Source: an uncultured Heliomicrobium sp.
Lineage (GTDB): Bacteria; Acidobacteriota; Blastocatellia; RBC074
Length of the DNA: 39,564 nucleotides
Direction of reading: 5' to 3'
Assembly: GCA_964603695.1 (NCBI GenBank)
Contig: CAZRXE010001330.1
Location: forward strand, 1-39,564
The notes beneath the pieces were generated by a model. It was not told the origin of the DNA, did no database searches, and was given only the letters and a program-made list of their open reading frames with translations. Shown here in pieces: positions 1 to 9,200 of the stretch. Position 1 is the stretch's first letter. Every line of letters begins with the position of its first letter. The position numbers and the translations under genes were made by a program.

Positions 1-803
1 TCAATCGGCGCGAGGCCTACGGTCTGGTGACGGAATCGTCCACCGTGGCCGGCAGCGAAGCTGAAGTCGTGGTGCAAACTAACGAAGTAAGTTATGACGA
101 CTATTTGGAAGGCTGGCGGTTTATGTTCGCCACGATCATCCTGCATAACCTGAGAAGCACTTATTGTCTGGCTAAATATCTGACGGCCGCCGGGCTGGAA
201 AGTTATGGCGATCTATTCTCGAAATTCATGCATTTTTTGAAAGCGTCTCCGGCGGAGCCTCTGGCCAGGCTGATTGAAGAAGTAATTGAGTTGAAGATTG
301 TTGATGTTCAGACGCTGGGGCGAATCGCGTATTACTTATACGCTTCCAGAAAAGAGTTCGATGATCTGCTACATCGGTTTGTCTCCTCTCAACCCTGGTG
401 GAGCGATCAGACGGCTCAGCTTTGTTTTGAGATTGATTTACTGAACCGCCCACAATTTTATTCGCCTAATTTCAAGGAAGCGCCGTTTTCTTTTCGGCAG
501 GCAAAACTATTGAAGATTCTTCCCGGGGAATACATCGTCGAGGTACCGGAAACGTTTTTGCCTTCTCTGCGATCTTACCTCGGAGCCAAAGCTTCGTTTC
601 AATCAAACCCGATCAGGATCAATCACCAGCAAAAACAATTTCCTTATTACCCGTCTCCCAACGTGGAAAACTACTGGCTGCATTGTTACCACGGAGCCTT
701 TACCATCGCGCAAGTCTCGCCTTGCTGGCAGAACTTTGTGGAAAACGCTTCTCCAATGCAGAGCGTTTCGGAGCCGGCGTTGGGGAAATCGCTGAAGGTT
801 TGA
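1..803 (+). CDS. Hypothetical protein, 5'-partial (frame open to the window edge)
   Basis: The reading frame is open from nt 3 to the TGA at 801-803. The track start at 27 is only a GTG. I can assign no motif. It ends 16 nt before the next same-strand gene. Confidence 0.45.
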   Translation, partial: NRREAYGLVTESSTVAGSEAEVVVQTNEVSYDDYLEGWRFMFATIILHNLRSTYCLAKYLTAAGLESYGDLFSKFMHFLKASPAEPLARLIEEVIELKIVDVQTLGRIAYYLYASRKEFDDLLHRFVSSQPWWSDQTAQLCFEIDLLNRPQFYSPNFKEAPFSFRQAKLLKILPGEYIVEVPETFLPSLRSYLGAKASFQSNPIRINHQQKQFPYYPSPNVENYWLHCYHGAFTIAQVSPCWQNFVENASPMQSVSEPALGKSLKV

Positions 804-819
804 GAGGGAAAAGAAAGTT

Positions 820-1620
820 ATGAAGCGACTTGTCGTGGGGCCTTGGATAGGCGAATTCGGGTGGGAGCTATGCTGCTGGCAAGGTTTTGCAAGAACGCTA
901 GCGAAGGATTTCGATGAGGTACTTTGCATCAGTCGGTCCGGGCATGAGGAACTTTATAAGGATTTCTGTGACGAGTTTATTTGTTATAACCCGATTACCC
1001 GACAGGCGCTGAATGCCACCGCGCCGGATTTCAAGTACGACAATTTTCATGCCAACTACGTTACGGCGGATTCCTACTGGATGGAGCCGGCGGCATATCA
1101 GTGCAATGGATTCCCAGCCTGGGCAGGCGAATTTATCATCAACGGCCAACCGGTCAAGCAAACCTTCCGAAAGTATGGAAGTTACGATGCCGGCAAAGCT
1201 TATGACCTGATTGTTCATAAGCGTCATCGAATGGACTGGAAAAACTGGCCGTTGGAGAATCTTCAAGAAGTAACCAGCTATTTTTTATCTCGTGGAGCCA
1301 AAATCGCTTGCGTTGGTTCGCCCGGAGAATCCTTGCCCATTGAAGGCTGTACAAATCTACGTGGAATCCCGTTGACTGAACTTGCGGATGTGCTGGCCAG
1401 TAGTCGTCTGATTCTGGGCAGTTCCAGCGGGGTGATGCATTTCGCTTCCCTCTGCGGTTGTCCACATTTGGTGATCTCCGCGCCGGGAAATAAGCACAGA
1501 TACGAAACGGCCTGGAACCCTTTTGGAACCAAGGCCATTGTTGTAAATGAAGAAGGATGGAAGGCTTCTTCGGATTTGGTGATTAAACGGGTAGATCAGT
1601 TTCTTGAATCCACGGGCTGA
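820..1620 (+). CDS. GT-B-fold glycosyltransferase, family 9 (heptosyltransferase)-like, tentative
   Basis: 266-aa ORF with an ATG start. The C-terminal segment RLILGSSSGVMHFASLCGCPHLVIS resembles the DSG-x-x-H-x-A...G-x-P donor-binding segment of GT9 enzymes. The N-terminus carries GPWIGEFGWEL. Assignment is from motif memory only. Confidence 0.45.
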   Translation: MKRLVVGPWIGEFGWELCCWQGFARTLAKDFDEVLCISRSGHEELYKDFCDEFICYNPITRQALNATAPDFKYDNFHANYVTADSYWMEPAAYQCNGFPAWAGEFIINGQPVKQTFRKYGSYDAGKAYDLIVHKRHRMDWKNWPLENLQEVTSYFLSRGAKIACVGSPGESLPIEGCTNLRGIPLTELADVLASSRLILGSSSGVMHFASLCGCPHLVISAPGNKHRYETAWNPFGTKAIVVNEEGWKASSDLVIKRVDQFLESTG

Positions 1621-1669
1621 ATTGATTGCGGATTAAAACTGAGAATAAGTGGACTCCATGGAGAAATAT

Positions 1670-1698
1670 TTGACATCCCAAATTAACGCTCCTATATT
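1670..1698 (+). promoter_or_regulatory. Candidate sigma70-type promoter of the precursor gene
   Basis: TTGACA (1670-1675), a 17-nt spacer, then TATATT (1693-1698), about 95 nt upstream of the ATG at 1795. Confidence 0.5.
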
Positions 1699-1794
1699 TT
1701 GCGCCTTGCCGATTGTACGTTTACAACCGAAACGATTATCAAAACGGAAACCGACTATTGTCAGTTGGCTTCCGTCCAATCTAGGAGAATAACA

Positions 1795-2154
1795 ATGCAG
1801 ACCCAAGAAGATGTCCTTCGCATAATCAGCAAAGTAACGGCCCAGGCACAAGCTGATCAGGCTTTCAAGGCAGCTTATATGAGCGATCCTAACCTGGTGC
1901 TGTCGCAAGCGGGGCTTGATATTCCGCCGAACGTGAACTTCAAGGTTCAGCCGGTGAATTCGATCAGTTCCGATTATCAATTTACTTCCGACGGTACGGT
2001 GTATCTGGTTCTTCCCGAAGTCGAAGAAGTCGTGCAGGATGAATCTTTGGCAACTGCGGCGGCGGCGAGCTGTCAAACGACGGCCAGCACCGCCGGCACG
2101 GTTTCAACCTGCGTCAGCAGCGTGTCAACGGCGTCAACCAATTCCTGCAGCTAA
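1795..2154 (+). CDS. RiPP precursor peptide with a nitrile-hydratase-like leader (NHLP) and a Cys/Ser/Thr-rich C-terminal core
   Basis: The best start is ATG 1795, preceded by AGGAG at 1783-1787, inside track ORF 1699..2154, giving 119 aa. The leader MQTQEDVLRIISKV...DQAFKAAYMSDPNLVLSQAGLDIPPNVNFKV...TVYLVLPE fits the NHLP pattern. The last 28 aa are SCQTTASTAGTVSTCVSSVSTASTNSCS. Confidence 0.85.
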   Translation: MQTQEDVLRIISKVTAQAQADQAFKAAYMSDPNLVLSQAGLDIPPNVNFKVQPVNSISSDYQFTSDGTVYLVLPEVEEVVQDESLATAAAASCQTTASTAGTVSTCVSSVSTASTNSCS

Positions 2155-2221
2155 TCTCTCCACAGCGTATTTTGCCGACAACACCAGCATTATGGAGCCG
2201 GCTTGAAAGGCTGACTTTACC

Positions 2222-2254
2222 ATTCAGGGGAGATGAAATACGTCTCCCCTGAAT
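2222..2254 (+). terminator. Stem-loop downstream of the precursor gene (possible partial terminator or processing site)
   Basis: ATTCAGGGGAGA (2222-2233) pairs perfectly with TCTCCCCTGAAT (2243-2254) across a 9-nt loop. There is no clear U-tract. It lies in the 280-nt gap between the precursor gene and the enzyme genes. Confidence 0.4.
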
Positions 2255-2434
2255 TCAGGTAACTTTGCTTCCCCCTTGATCTTGTCGAAAGACGGATCAG
2301 GTTCTTTACTCATCCGGCAGGCGCTCCCATTCCTTGAATCCATTCCAACAAACCGGCGCGAGTGAATCCTTTATCGGATGAAAGATTGACTCTCTTCATA
2401 CTTCGACAAGAAAGGTAGTGTTAACAATACGCCT

Positions 2435-4681
2435 ATGATTGGTCGGCCTCGTTTCAAACATCAATATCACATCGAATTTCTGCCTCCCGACAAAGTCTTT
2501 TTACTTGCCGAGTCCGGTTACTTTGTACTGACGGCACAATCCTGCGGTCTTGTCGCGCGGCTTATTGACGGGCATCGGACGAATGACGAGATTGCGGACG
2601 CGCTTTCCGGCCAGGTTTCGATGAACCAGGCTTACTACGTTCTGGCGCTTCTGGAATCCAAAGGCTTTATCGAAGAGTCCACCGGAACGGTGCCGGACGC
2701 CGCGCTGGCGTTCTGGAATTCGCTGGGTGTGGACGGATTGACGGTCAAACAACGTCTTGATTCGGCCCGTCTTTCGCTCCATTCCTTCGGCGAGGTTCCG
2801 ACCGCCGAATTGCGTGCGTCGCTGGAATCGGCCGGTCTTCAAATGGTGGAGCCTGCGGAAAGCACACTTTCCGTCGTCCTGACGGATGATTACCTGCAGG
2901 TGGGTCTGGCCGAATTCAATCAGGCGGCGATGGCGGAGGGAAAGCCCTGGCTTCTGGCGAAACCTAATGGAATGTACGTTTGGGTGGGACCTGTTTTCAC
3001 TCCAGGGCAAAGCGGTTGCTGGCAATGCCTCAGCCAGCGGCTCAGGGCGAATCGCGACATTGACACGTTTCTTCAGGATTTGACCAGCAGGAAGGAACCT
3101 TTCGTAACGCTTTCCGCGCTGCCCTCGACGATTCAACTCAGTCTGGGAATGATTGCCACAGAAGTCGTCAAACACGTTGTTTTGGACGGCAACGATAATC
3201 TCAACGGCAAAATCATCAGTCTGAACATGGCGAATCTCGAAAAGCAGGAGCATGTTCTGGTCAAGCGCCCGCAGTGCCCTGTCTGCGGAGATCCGAAGAT
3301 TCAAGCCAGGCTTTCGTACCCGATTGAGTTGCAAAGCCGTCCCAAACGCTATGTCACGGACGGCGGGCATCGCGCCGTTGAGCCTGAAGAGACGCTTCGC
3401 AAATTCAATCACCATGTCAGTCCCATCACGGGAGTGGTCAACAAACTGGTTCGCGTCACGGCCGAAGATGATCCGTTGCAGCACGTCTATATTTCGGGCG
3501 CCAATATGGCCATGCGGAGTTTCAATTTCGATCTTCTGCGGACGACCATCCGCAGCCGCACGGCGGGCAAGGGCGTCAGCGACATACAAGCCAAGGTCAG
3601 CGCTATTGGTGAAGCGATTGAGCGATATTCGGGAACCTATCGAGGCGATGAAGCGCGGATCAGTGGCAGCTTCCGCGAGTTGGGAGATCGCGCGGTCAAT
3701 CCCACCAGTTGCATGTTGTTCAGCGAGACTCAATACCGCGAGCGCGAGAAGTGGCTGGCCAACGACAGTCCGTTTCAGCGCGTTCCTTTACCCTTTGACG
3801 AAGACGCGAGGATTGAATGGGCTCCTGTCTGGTCGCTGACCCGCAAGGAAGTGCGCTACATGCCTATGGAGTCCTGTTATTACTCCTATCCGATCACCTT
3901 TGAGCGCCATTACTGTCTGCCGGATTCAAACGGCGCTGCCGCCGGCAACACAGTGGAAGAAGCCATGTTGCAGGGCTTTCTGGAATTGGTGGAGCGGGAT
4001 GCTTTCTGCGTCTGGTGGTACAACCGGTTGAATCGTCCCTCGATTGATCTGGACAGCTTCGATGATCCTTATGTTCACAAATTGAAAGCCCTGCACAAAT
4101 CCATCAACCGCGACTTATGGGTGCTTGACCTGACCACCGATCTGGGCATCCCTGTGATGGTTGCCGTATCGCGCCGGACAGATAAATTCCCAGAAGATAT
4201 TGTTTTTGCGCCAGCGGCTCACTTCGATCCGAACGTCGCCATCCTGCGAGCCTTGACCGAGATGAATCAACTGGTCACGGCGGTCATCAATGTGGATCGG
4301 GACGGGGACTATTACTTCGACGACAAACATTCGGTCAATTGGTGGAAGACCGCGACACTGGAGAATCAACCGTACTTCGTTCCCAGCAAGACCGTTCGCC
4401 CGACTCGCCGGAACGATTTCGATTGCAACTGGTCGGATGATCTACGCGATGATCTGCTGCGCTGCCAGTCTTTGGTGGAGCAACAAGGAATGGAGATGCT
4501 GGTGTTGGATCAAACACGGCCCGATATTCTTCTGCCGGTTCTCAAGGTGATCGTTCCCGGAATGCGGCATTTCTGGGCGCGCTTTGCGCCCGGGCGGCTT
4601 TATGACGTGCCGGTTAAGCTGGGCTGGCAAAGCCGGCCTCTTTCCGAGCACGAACTCAATCCGATTCCGGTCTTTATCTAG
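2435..4681 (+). CDS. Fused E1-like leader-binding / YcaO cyclodehydratase (PatD/TruD-type heterocyclase architecture)
   Basis: 748 aa. The N-terminal ThiF/E1-like region ends in PQCPVCG. The YcaO region contains GKGVSDIQAKVSAIGEAIERYSG and AAGNTVEEAMLQGFLELVERD. The C-terminus is Pro-containing (NPIPVFI). Confidence 0.9.
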   Translation: MIGRPRFKHQYHIEFLPPDKVFLLAESGYFVLTAQSCGLVARLIDGHRTNDEIADALSGQVSMNQAYYVLALLESKGFIEESTGTVPDAALAFWNSLGVDGLTVKQRLDSARLSLHSFGEVPTAELRASLESAGLQMVEPAESTLSVVLTDDYLQVGLAEFNQAAMAEGKPWLLAKPNGMYVWVGPVFTPGQSGCWQCLSQRLRANRDIDTFLQDLTSRKEPFVTLSALPSTIQLSLGMIATEVVKHVVLDGNDNLNGKIISLNMANLEKQEHVLVKRPQCPVCGDPKIQARLSYPIELQSRPKRYVTDGGHRAVEPEETLRKFNHHVSPITGVVNKLVRVTAEDDPLQHVYISGANMAMRSFNFDLLRTTIRSRTAGKGVSDIQAKVSAIGEAIERYSGTYRGDEARISGSFRELGDRAVNPTSCMLFSETQYREREKWLANDSPFQRVPLPFDEDARIEWAPVWSLTRKEVRYMPMESCYYSYPITFERHYCLPDSNGAAAGNTVEEAMLQGFLELVERDAFCVWWYNRLNRPSIDLDSFDDPYVHKLKALHKSINRDLWVLDLTTDLGIPVMVAVSRRTDKFPEDIVFAPAAHFDPNVAILRALTEMNQLVTAVINVDRDGDYYFDDKHSVNWWKTATLENQPYFVPSKTVRPTRRNDFDCNWSDDLRDDLLRCQSLVEQQGMEMLVLDQTRPDILLPVLKVIVPGMRHFWARFAPGRLYDVPVKLGWQSRPLSEHELNPIPVFI

Positions 4682-4719
4682 CCCATTATTTCGCCCTTCA
4701 ATCGGCAAAGCTTCGAACA

Positions 4720-6243
4720 ATGATAGATTATTTCAAGTCCAGACAGTTCAAGGTCTCGCTCATTCCAGGGCTTTCGCTTGTCGAAGACGCTGCGGACGAG
4801 ATTTCGTTGGTTTCCGAGTATGGGCGGTTTCCGATGAAGCGTGTTTCCGCCGGGGTGCTGAATGCGTTTCGCGCGCTGGCGCGCGGAGATCGAACCGAGG
4901 AGGAACTGGCCAAAGAGGTGCTCGACACGGACGGCATCGGCGGGCTGACCGGTTTCAATCACTATTACGCCCAATGCGTTCTTCGCTGCTTCATACGGTA
5001 CGGCGTTTACGCGGAGAACGTGCGGTTGATGAGCTTGATGTTGACGGTTCCCGTCCGCCGGTTCGAGCTTTCCGATTTGGCCGCCGATAAACACTATGTG
5101 CTTTCGAGATTTGCCTACAGCCGTAAACAGAACGACGGGTTGATTTTGGAAACACCTTTGTTCGGCGCAAAGATTTCGCTTGACGACTGGCGCGCTGCCG
5201 CTTTGCTTTCTCTGTTGAGCAGCCCGCTGACGCCGGCGGAAATCGCCGAAAAAGCGCCCTTTCTTTCTTCCGAGAACATCGCGGGAATGCTGAAGCTGCT
5301 GAAAGCTTCAAAATTGCTGTGTCTTTGCGGCGATAAGGCAAAAGCGGACGAGGACGAAAATCCAAGTTTGCGGCAGTGGGAGTTTCAGGACTTGCTGTTC
5401 CATTCCAGAAGTCGCATCGGCAGGCATAACAATCCCATCGGCGCGACGTTCAGATACGTGGGCGTGATTCCGCCGCCGCCGCTAATCAAGGAATCCACCG
5501 GAGAAAAAATCCCGCTTTACCAACCGGACTTAAACCAAATCGAAAACGGCAGGACGCTGCTGGAAGTGATGGAATCGCGGCGTTCCGTTCGGGCATTCGG
5601 CAAAGAGCCGATCAGCGTCGAACAGTTAGGTGAGTTTCTTTATCGCGTGGCGCGAATCAGGGCGTTTTGGAACTTTGAACTCAAGGCGCCGGATGGGACG
5701 CTGGTGGAAACACTGCAACTGAGCAACCGCCCTTATCCGGGCGGCGGCGCAATTTACGAAATGGAACTTTACCTGACGATTGACCGCTGCCGTGGACTGG
5801 CTCCGGGCTTATATCGCTACAATCCGATGGAACACGTCTTGATCAAAGTTCCAGCCGACGACGCCAGGCTTGCGGGACTGTTGCAGGATGCCTGTCTGTC
5901 CGCCGCAATCACGCAAAAACCGCAGGTCTTGATTACGCTGGCCGCGCGCTTTCAACGACTGACCTGGAAATACACCACGATTGCCTATGCCGCGACGTTG
6001 AAAAACGTCGGCGTGCTGTATCAAACCATGTATCTGGTGGCGACGGCGATGGGTTTGGCACCCTGCGCGCTCGGCAGCGGGAATTCGGAACTTTTTGCGG
6101 AAGCCGCCGGCACTGACTATTACGCTGAAACCTCGGTTGGTGAATTCATGCTCGGCACGCTGCCCGAAGTAGACCAGCCGGTTCCCTGGGCCAATGACCT
6201 GGACTTCATCCCAAATACTTTTCTACAACCCCAGGCGAACTAA
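4720..6243 (+). CDS. SagB/ThcOx-type FMN-dependent dehydrogenase (azoline oxidase)
   Basis: 507 aa. The C-terminal nitroreductase-like domain has RRSVRAF, PYPGGGAIYEMELYL and LGLAPCALGSG. There is an N-terminal extension of roughly 270 aa. The stop overlaps the next start (TAATG at 6241-6245). Confidence 0.85.
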   Translation: MIDYFKSRQFKVSLIPGLSLVEDAADEISLVSEYGRFPMKRVSAGVLNAFRALARGDRTEEELAKEVLDTDGIGGLTGFNHYYAQCVLRCFIRYGVYAENVRLMSLMLTVPVRRFELSDLAADKHYVLSRFAYSRKQNDGLILETPLFGAKISLDDWRAAALLSLLSSPLTPAEIAEKAPFLSSENIAGMLKLLKASKLLCLCGDKAKADEDENPSLRQWEFQDLLFHSRSRIGRHNNPIGATFRYVGVIPPPPLIKESTGEKIPLYQPDLNQIENGRTLLEVMESRRSVRAFGKEPISVEQLGEFLYRVARIRAFWNFELKAPDGTLVETLQLSNRPYPGGGAIYEMELYLTIDRCRGLAPGLYRYNPMEHVLIKVPADDARLAGLLQDACLSAAITQKPQVLITLAARFQRLTWKYTTIAYAATLKNVGVLYQTMYLVATAMGLAPCALGSGNSELFAEAAGTDYYAETSVGEFMLGTLPEVDQPVPWANDLDFIPNTFLQPQAN

Positions 6244-9200
6244 TGCTCCCATTAAATGCTGAATTGCTGCGGATCATCGCCAAAGCGGCGTCTCCCATCG
6301 AACGAGCGGGCGGGGAATGGTTCGTTCCGCTGCCTGAACAACCTTCGGGAACCATTTCGGGAATTATGGAGAAGCGCACAGCGCAATGGATCAACACCGT
6401 TGCCGTAGGCGATAAAAAGCTCTTCGACGAATATCTGAAAGCTCGCGGACTGGATCACGACGCTTTTATTCGTGCGGTTTCCGAAGGCACAGTCAACACC
6501 GACGCGCAATTGCCGGAGTGGGCACAGACCTTCCTGAACGTCATGGAATCGCTGGCGGCCTCCAACGACACTGCGATTGCGGCTCAGGTCGCGGGCAAAG
6601 AAACGGCCAATCCTTTCTATGATGTTCTGCTGCCTTTCCGGCGGGTTGCCACACTGGAACTGCGCACGAAATTAAACAGCCTGGGCCTTTCGATTTCCGA
6701 GCGCGCCGAAGCCGGACTGCTGGACATTCTGTTGGCGCGGTTGTCATCGGCAACCATTCACGTCGTTGACAACGAACTGCAAACGGCGCTGGCCGCCGGC
6801 AGTTTGCTGAAACAACTGGGCATCACGCCCCGGCAGCATCTGGACGGCACACCGGCGGGCTGGATGGAGCGGTTCAATCGTTATCCGGCGCTGGCTCGCA
6901 TGGTTTCGGTGGCTTATCAAAACTGGCGCAATTACATCTTCGAGATGCTCGAACGCCTGACGCTGGATCGCGCCTTGCTCGAAGAACAGATGTTTGCTGG
7001 CAAGCCGCTCGGAACGCTGGGCAAAGTCATCGGAGACGCGGGCGATTTGCACGATCAGGGCAGAGCCGTGGCGTTGCTGATTTTCGACAACGGCAACCGG
7101 CTGGCTTACAAGCCGAAAGATCTCAGACTTTCCGTAGCCTTTCTCAATCTCGTCTCGCAACTGAACGGTTTGGGACTGTCGCCCGCACTTCATTCCCGCC
7201 GGATGATTTCGCGCGGGCAATACGCCTGGGAAGAATGGGTCGAACACCAGCCTTGCGAGACCGCCGAGGAAGTGGACGATTTCTATTTCCGCATGGGGCA
7301 GGTGGTTCGCCTGCTGCAATTGCTTGGTGCCAGAGATTTCTGGCTGGACAACCTGATTGCCCACGGCGGGCAACCGGTTTTCATAGATTTGGAGATGGCC
7401 TTTCAACAGGCCATGGCGTTGCCTACGCAACTGCTTTCCGCCGAGCAGGAAGCCTTTGCCAGGTTGGTGGAAACAGTGGTTCCGATGGGCGCGATTACGA
7501 TGGTGACGCCGATAGGGCAGGGAATCAAAGCCGAAGACCTGGGCGCGCTGACTCCCGTGCGCGAGTTTCAAACCCCGTTCAAGTTCTCGTATTCCTCTCC
7601 GATGAGAGCCTTGCTTGCGCCGCATCTGAAGAAGAACGACAACACAAAATGGTACAAAACGGATTACACGCCGGTTTTGAACGGGCAGCCTGCGGTTGCC
7701 GCCGAACGCTTCGATCACGTCATCGCGGGTTACAAGTCAATGAACGCCTTTCTGCGCGCGAACCGCGACACGCTGCTTTCCGAAACAGGCCCCTTCAGCG
7801 ACATAGGAGAGTTTCCGCTTCGTCACATCACTAGAGATACCTGGAGCTGCCTGCGCATCATCAACGACAGCACGCGCACGGCGCTGCTGGTGGATGGTTT
7901 TCAGCGGGAATTATTCTTTGAAGGATTGATGAAGGTCGCCGTGGACGGCAACGTCGCCGATGCTCAACTGGTCAAGGTTTTGGAAAGCGAGATTGATTCC
8001 ATGCGGGATTTCGACGTTCCGCTTTCCCGCGCGCTCCCGGCTCAAACCAAACTGCTGCTGAGCAACGGCGGGGAAATTCATGATTACTTCGCCGAAAGCG
8101 CACTTTCGCGGATCACGGATCGGCTTCAGTCGTTGGATAATTTCGACGTTGACGAACACTGCGATTTCATTCGATCCGGTTTTGCAACCGGGCCTCATCA
8201 GGCTTGCTGGACGCCACCGGCAACCGGTAAGTCTCGCCGGTCTGTTCCGTCAAGGGAATTCTGGCTGGAGGAAGCCGTCAAGCTGGGGGATTTCATTCTG
8301 GCGCAGGGGCTGCGCGGTGCTGAAGGCGATCTGGCCTGGCTGGGCCTGATTTATCATCCCGACATTGATCTGCGTTCGGTGGATGTGCTGCGTCCTGATT
8401 TGCTCTCCGGCACCGCCGGATTGAGCGTGCTTTTTGCAGCCTTGTATGAAGCGACCGGACTGAACCGCTTTCGCGAGGCGGCGCGCGGGGCGCTGGCAAC
8501 GACCGTGCGTTCGATCCATGAGGGTCATCCGCTGCTCAGGATTTTTGATCGCAGCGGCCCTTCCAAATCGCGGCGAATCGCCGCCGGCGTTTATTACGGA
8601 GTGGGCAGTCAAATCTATTCGTTGCGCCGCTGCGCGGAAGCCTTGAACTCCCGCGAACTGGAGGAAACGGTCGCCGCTTACCTGGACATACTTCCGCTGA
8701 CGGAGTTGTGCGAACGTTCGCACGTTGATTTGATTTCCGGCTTGGCTGGTCTGCTGCATTCCATTCTTCCGTTTCACGGCGCGGCGCTGACTGATCCCGC
8801 GTTGCCTATTGCCGACGCGCTGGCGCAATATCTGCTCGATTTGTGCCGGCGGGAAGACGGCCAACTGAAAGAGCCTTACCCGGAATCGGCCTTTCTGCTG
8901 GAAGGATTGCCCGATCTTCCCAGCGGAATGGCTCTTTGCTTGGCCAGGTTTCAAAAATCGCTTGGGACGCAATCGCGGAACCCACTTCAAGAAAGCATTG
9001 AACCAACCATCATCGCGCTTGAAGCGATGAAACCGCCGGAGGTCGTGCGCCGAAACTGTTTATGGGCCGGCCTGTCAATCCACCGAACGCTGGATTGGCC
9101 CGCGGATGATTTGCTGGAACAGGTGAAGGAGCAAATGACGGCGGAATTTTCTCGGCTGCATTCGCAACGTTTGCTTGATTTGCTTGAGACTTCGCTGACC

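Noticed and set aside
1699-1794. N-terminal extension of the precursor ORF (track start at 1699)
   Set aside because: The in-frame upstream part (MRLADCTFTTETIIKTETDYCQLASVQSRRIT) has no leader-like features. The ATG at 1795 has an AGGAG at proper spacing and starts exactly where the NHLP similarity begins. The candidate promoter -10 box (1693-1698) would also lie almost on top of a start at 1699.
2026-2154. Gly-Gly (C39 peptidase) leader cleavage or PatG-type macrocyclisation of the core
   Set aside because: There is no GG/GA motif before the core, no C39-ABC transporter in the window, and no C-terminal recognition sequence after the core because it ends at the stop codon. Simple leader removal by the S8 protease is more parsimonious.
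2501-3733. 410-aa minus-strand ORF antisense to the cyclodehydratase gene
   Set aside because: It lies entirely inside a gene with clear YcaO/E1-like motifs on the plus strand. It is Arg/Gly/Ala/Pro-rich with no recognisable motif, which is typical of an antisense shadow ORF.
6744-7718. 324-aa minus-strand ORF inside the LanM-like gene, plus the overlapping plus-strand ORF 7235..7834
   Set aside because: They are antisense or out of frame relative to a well-supported 1058-aa ORF. Composition is low-complexity and Arg-rich, with no start-site context.
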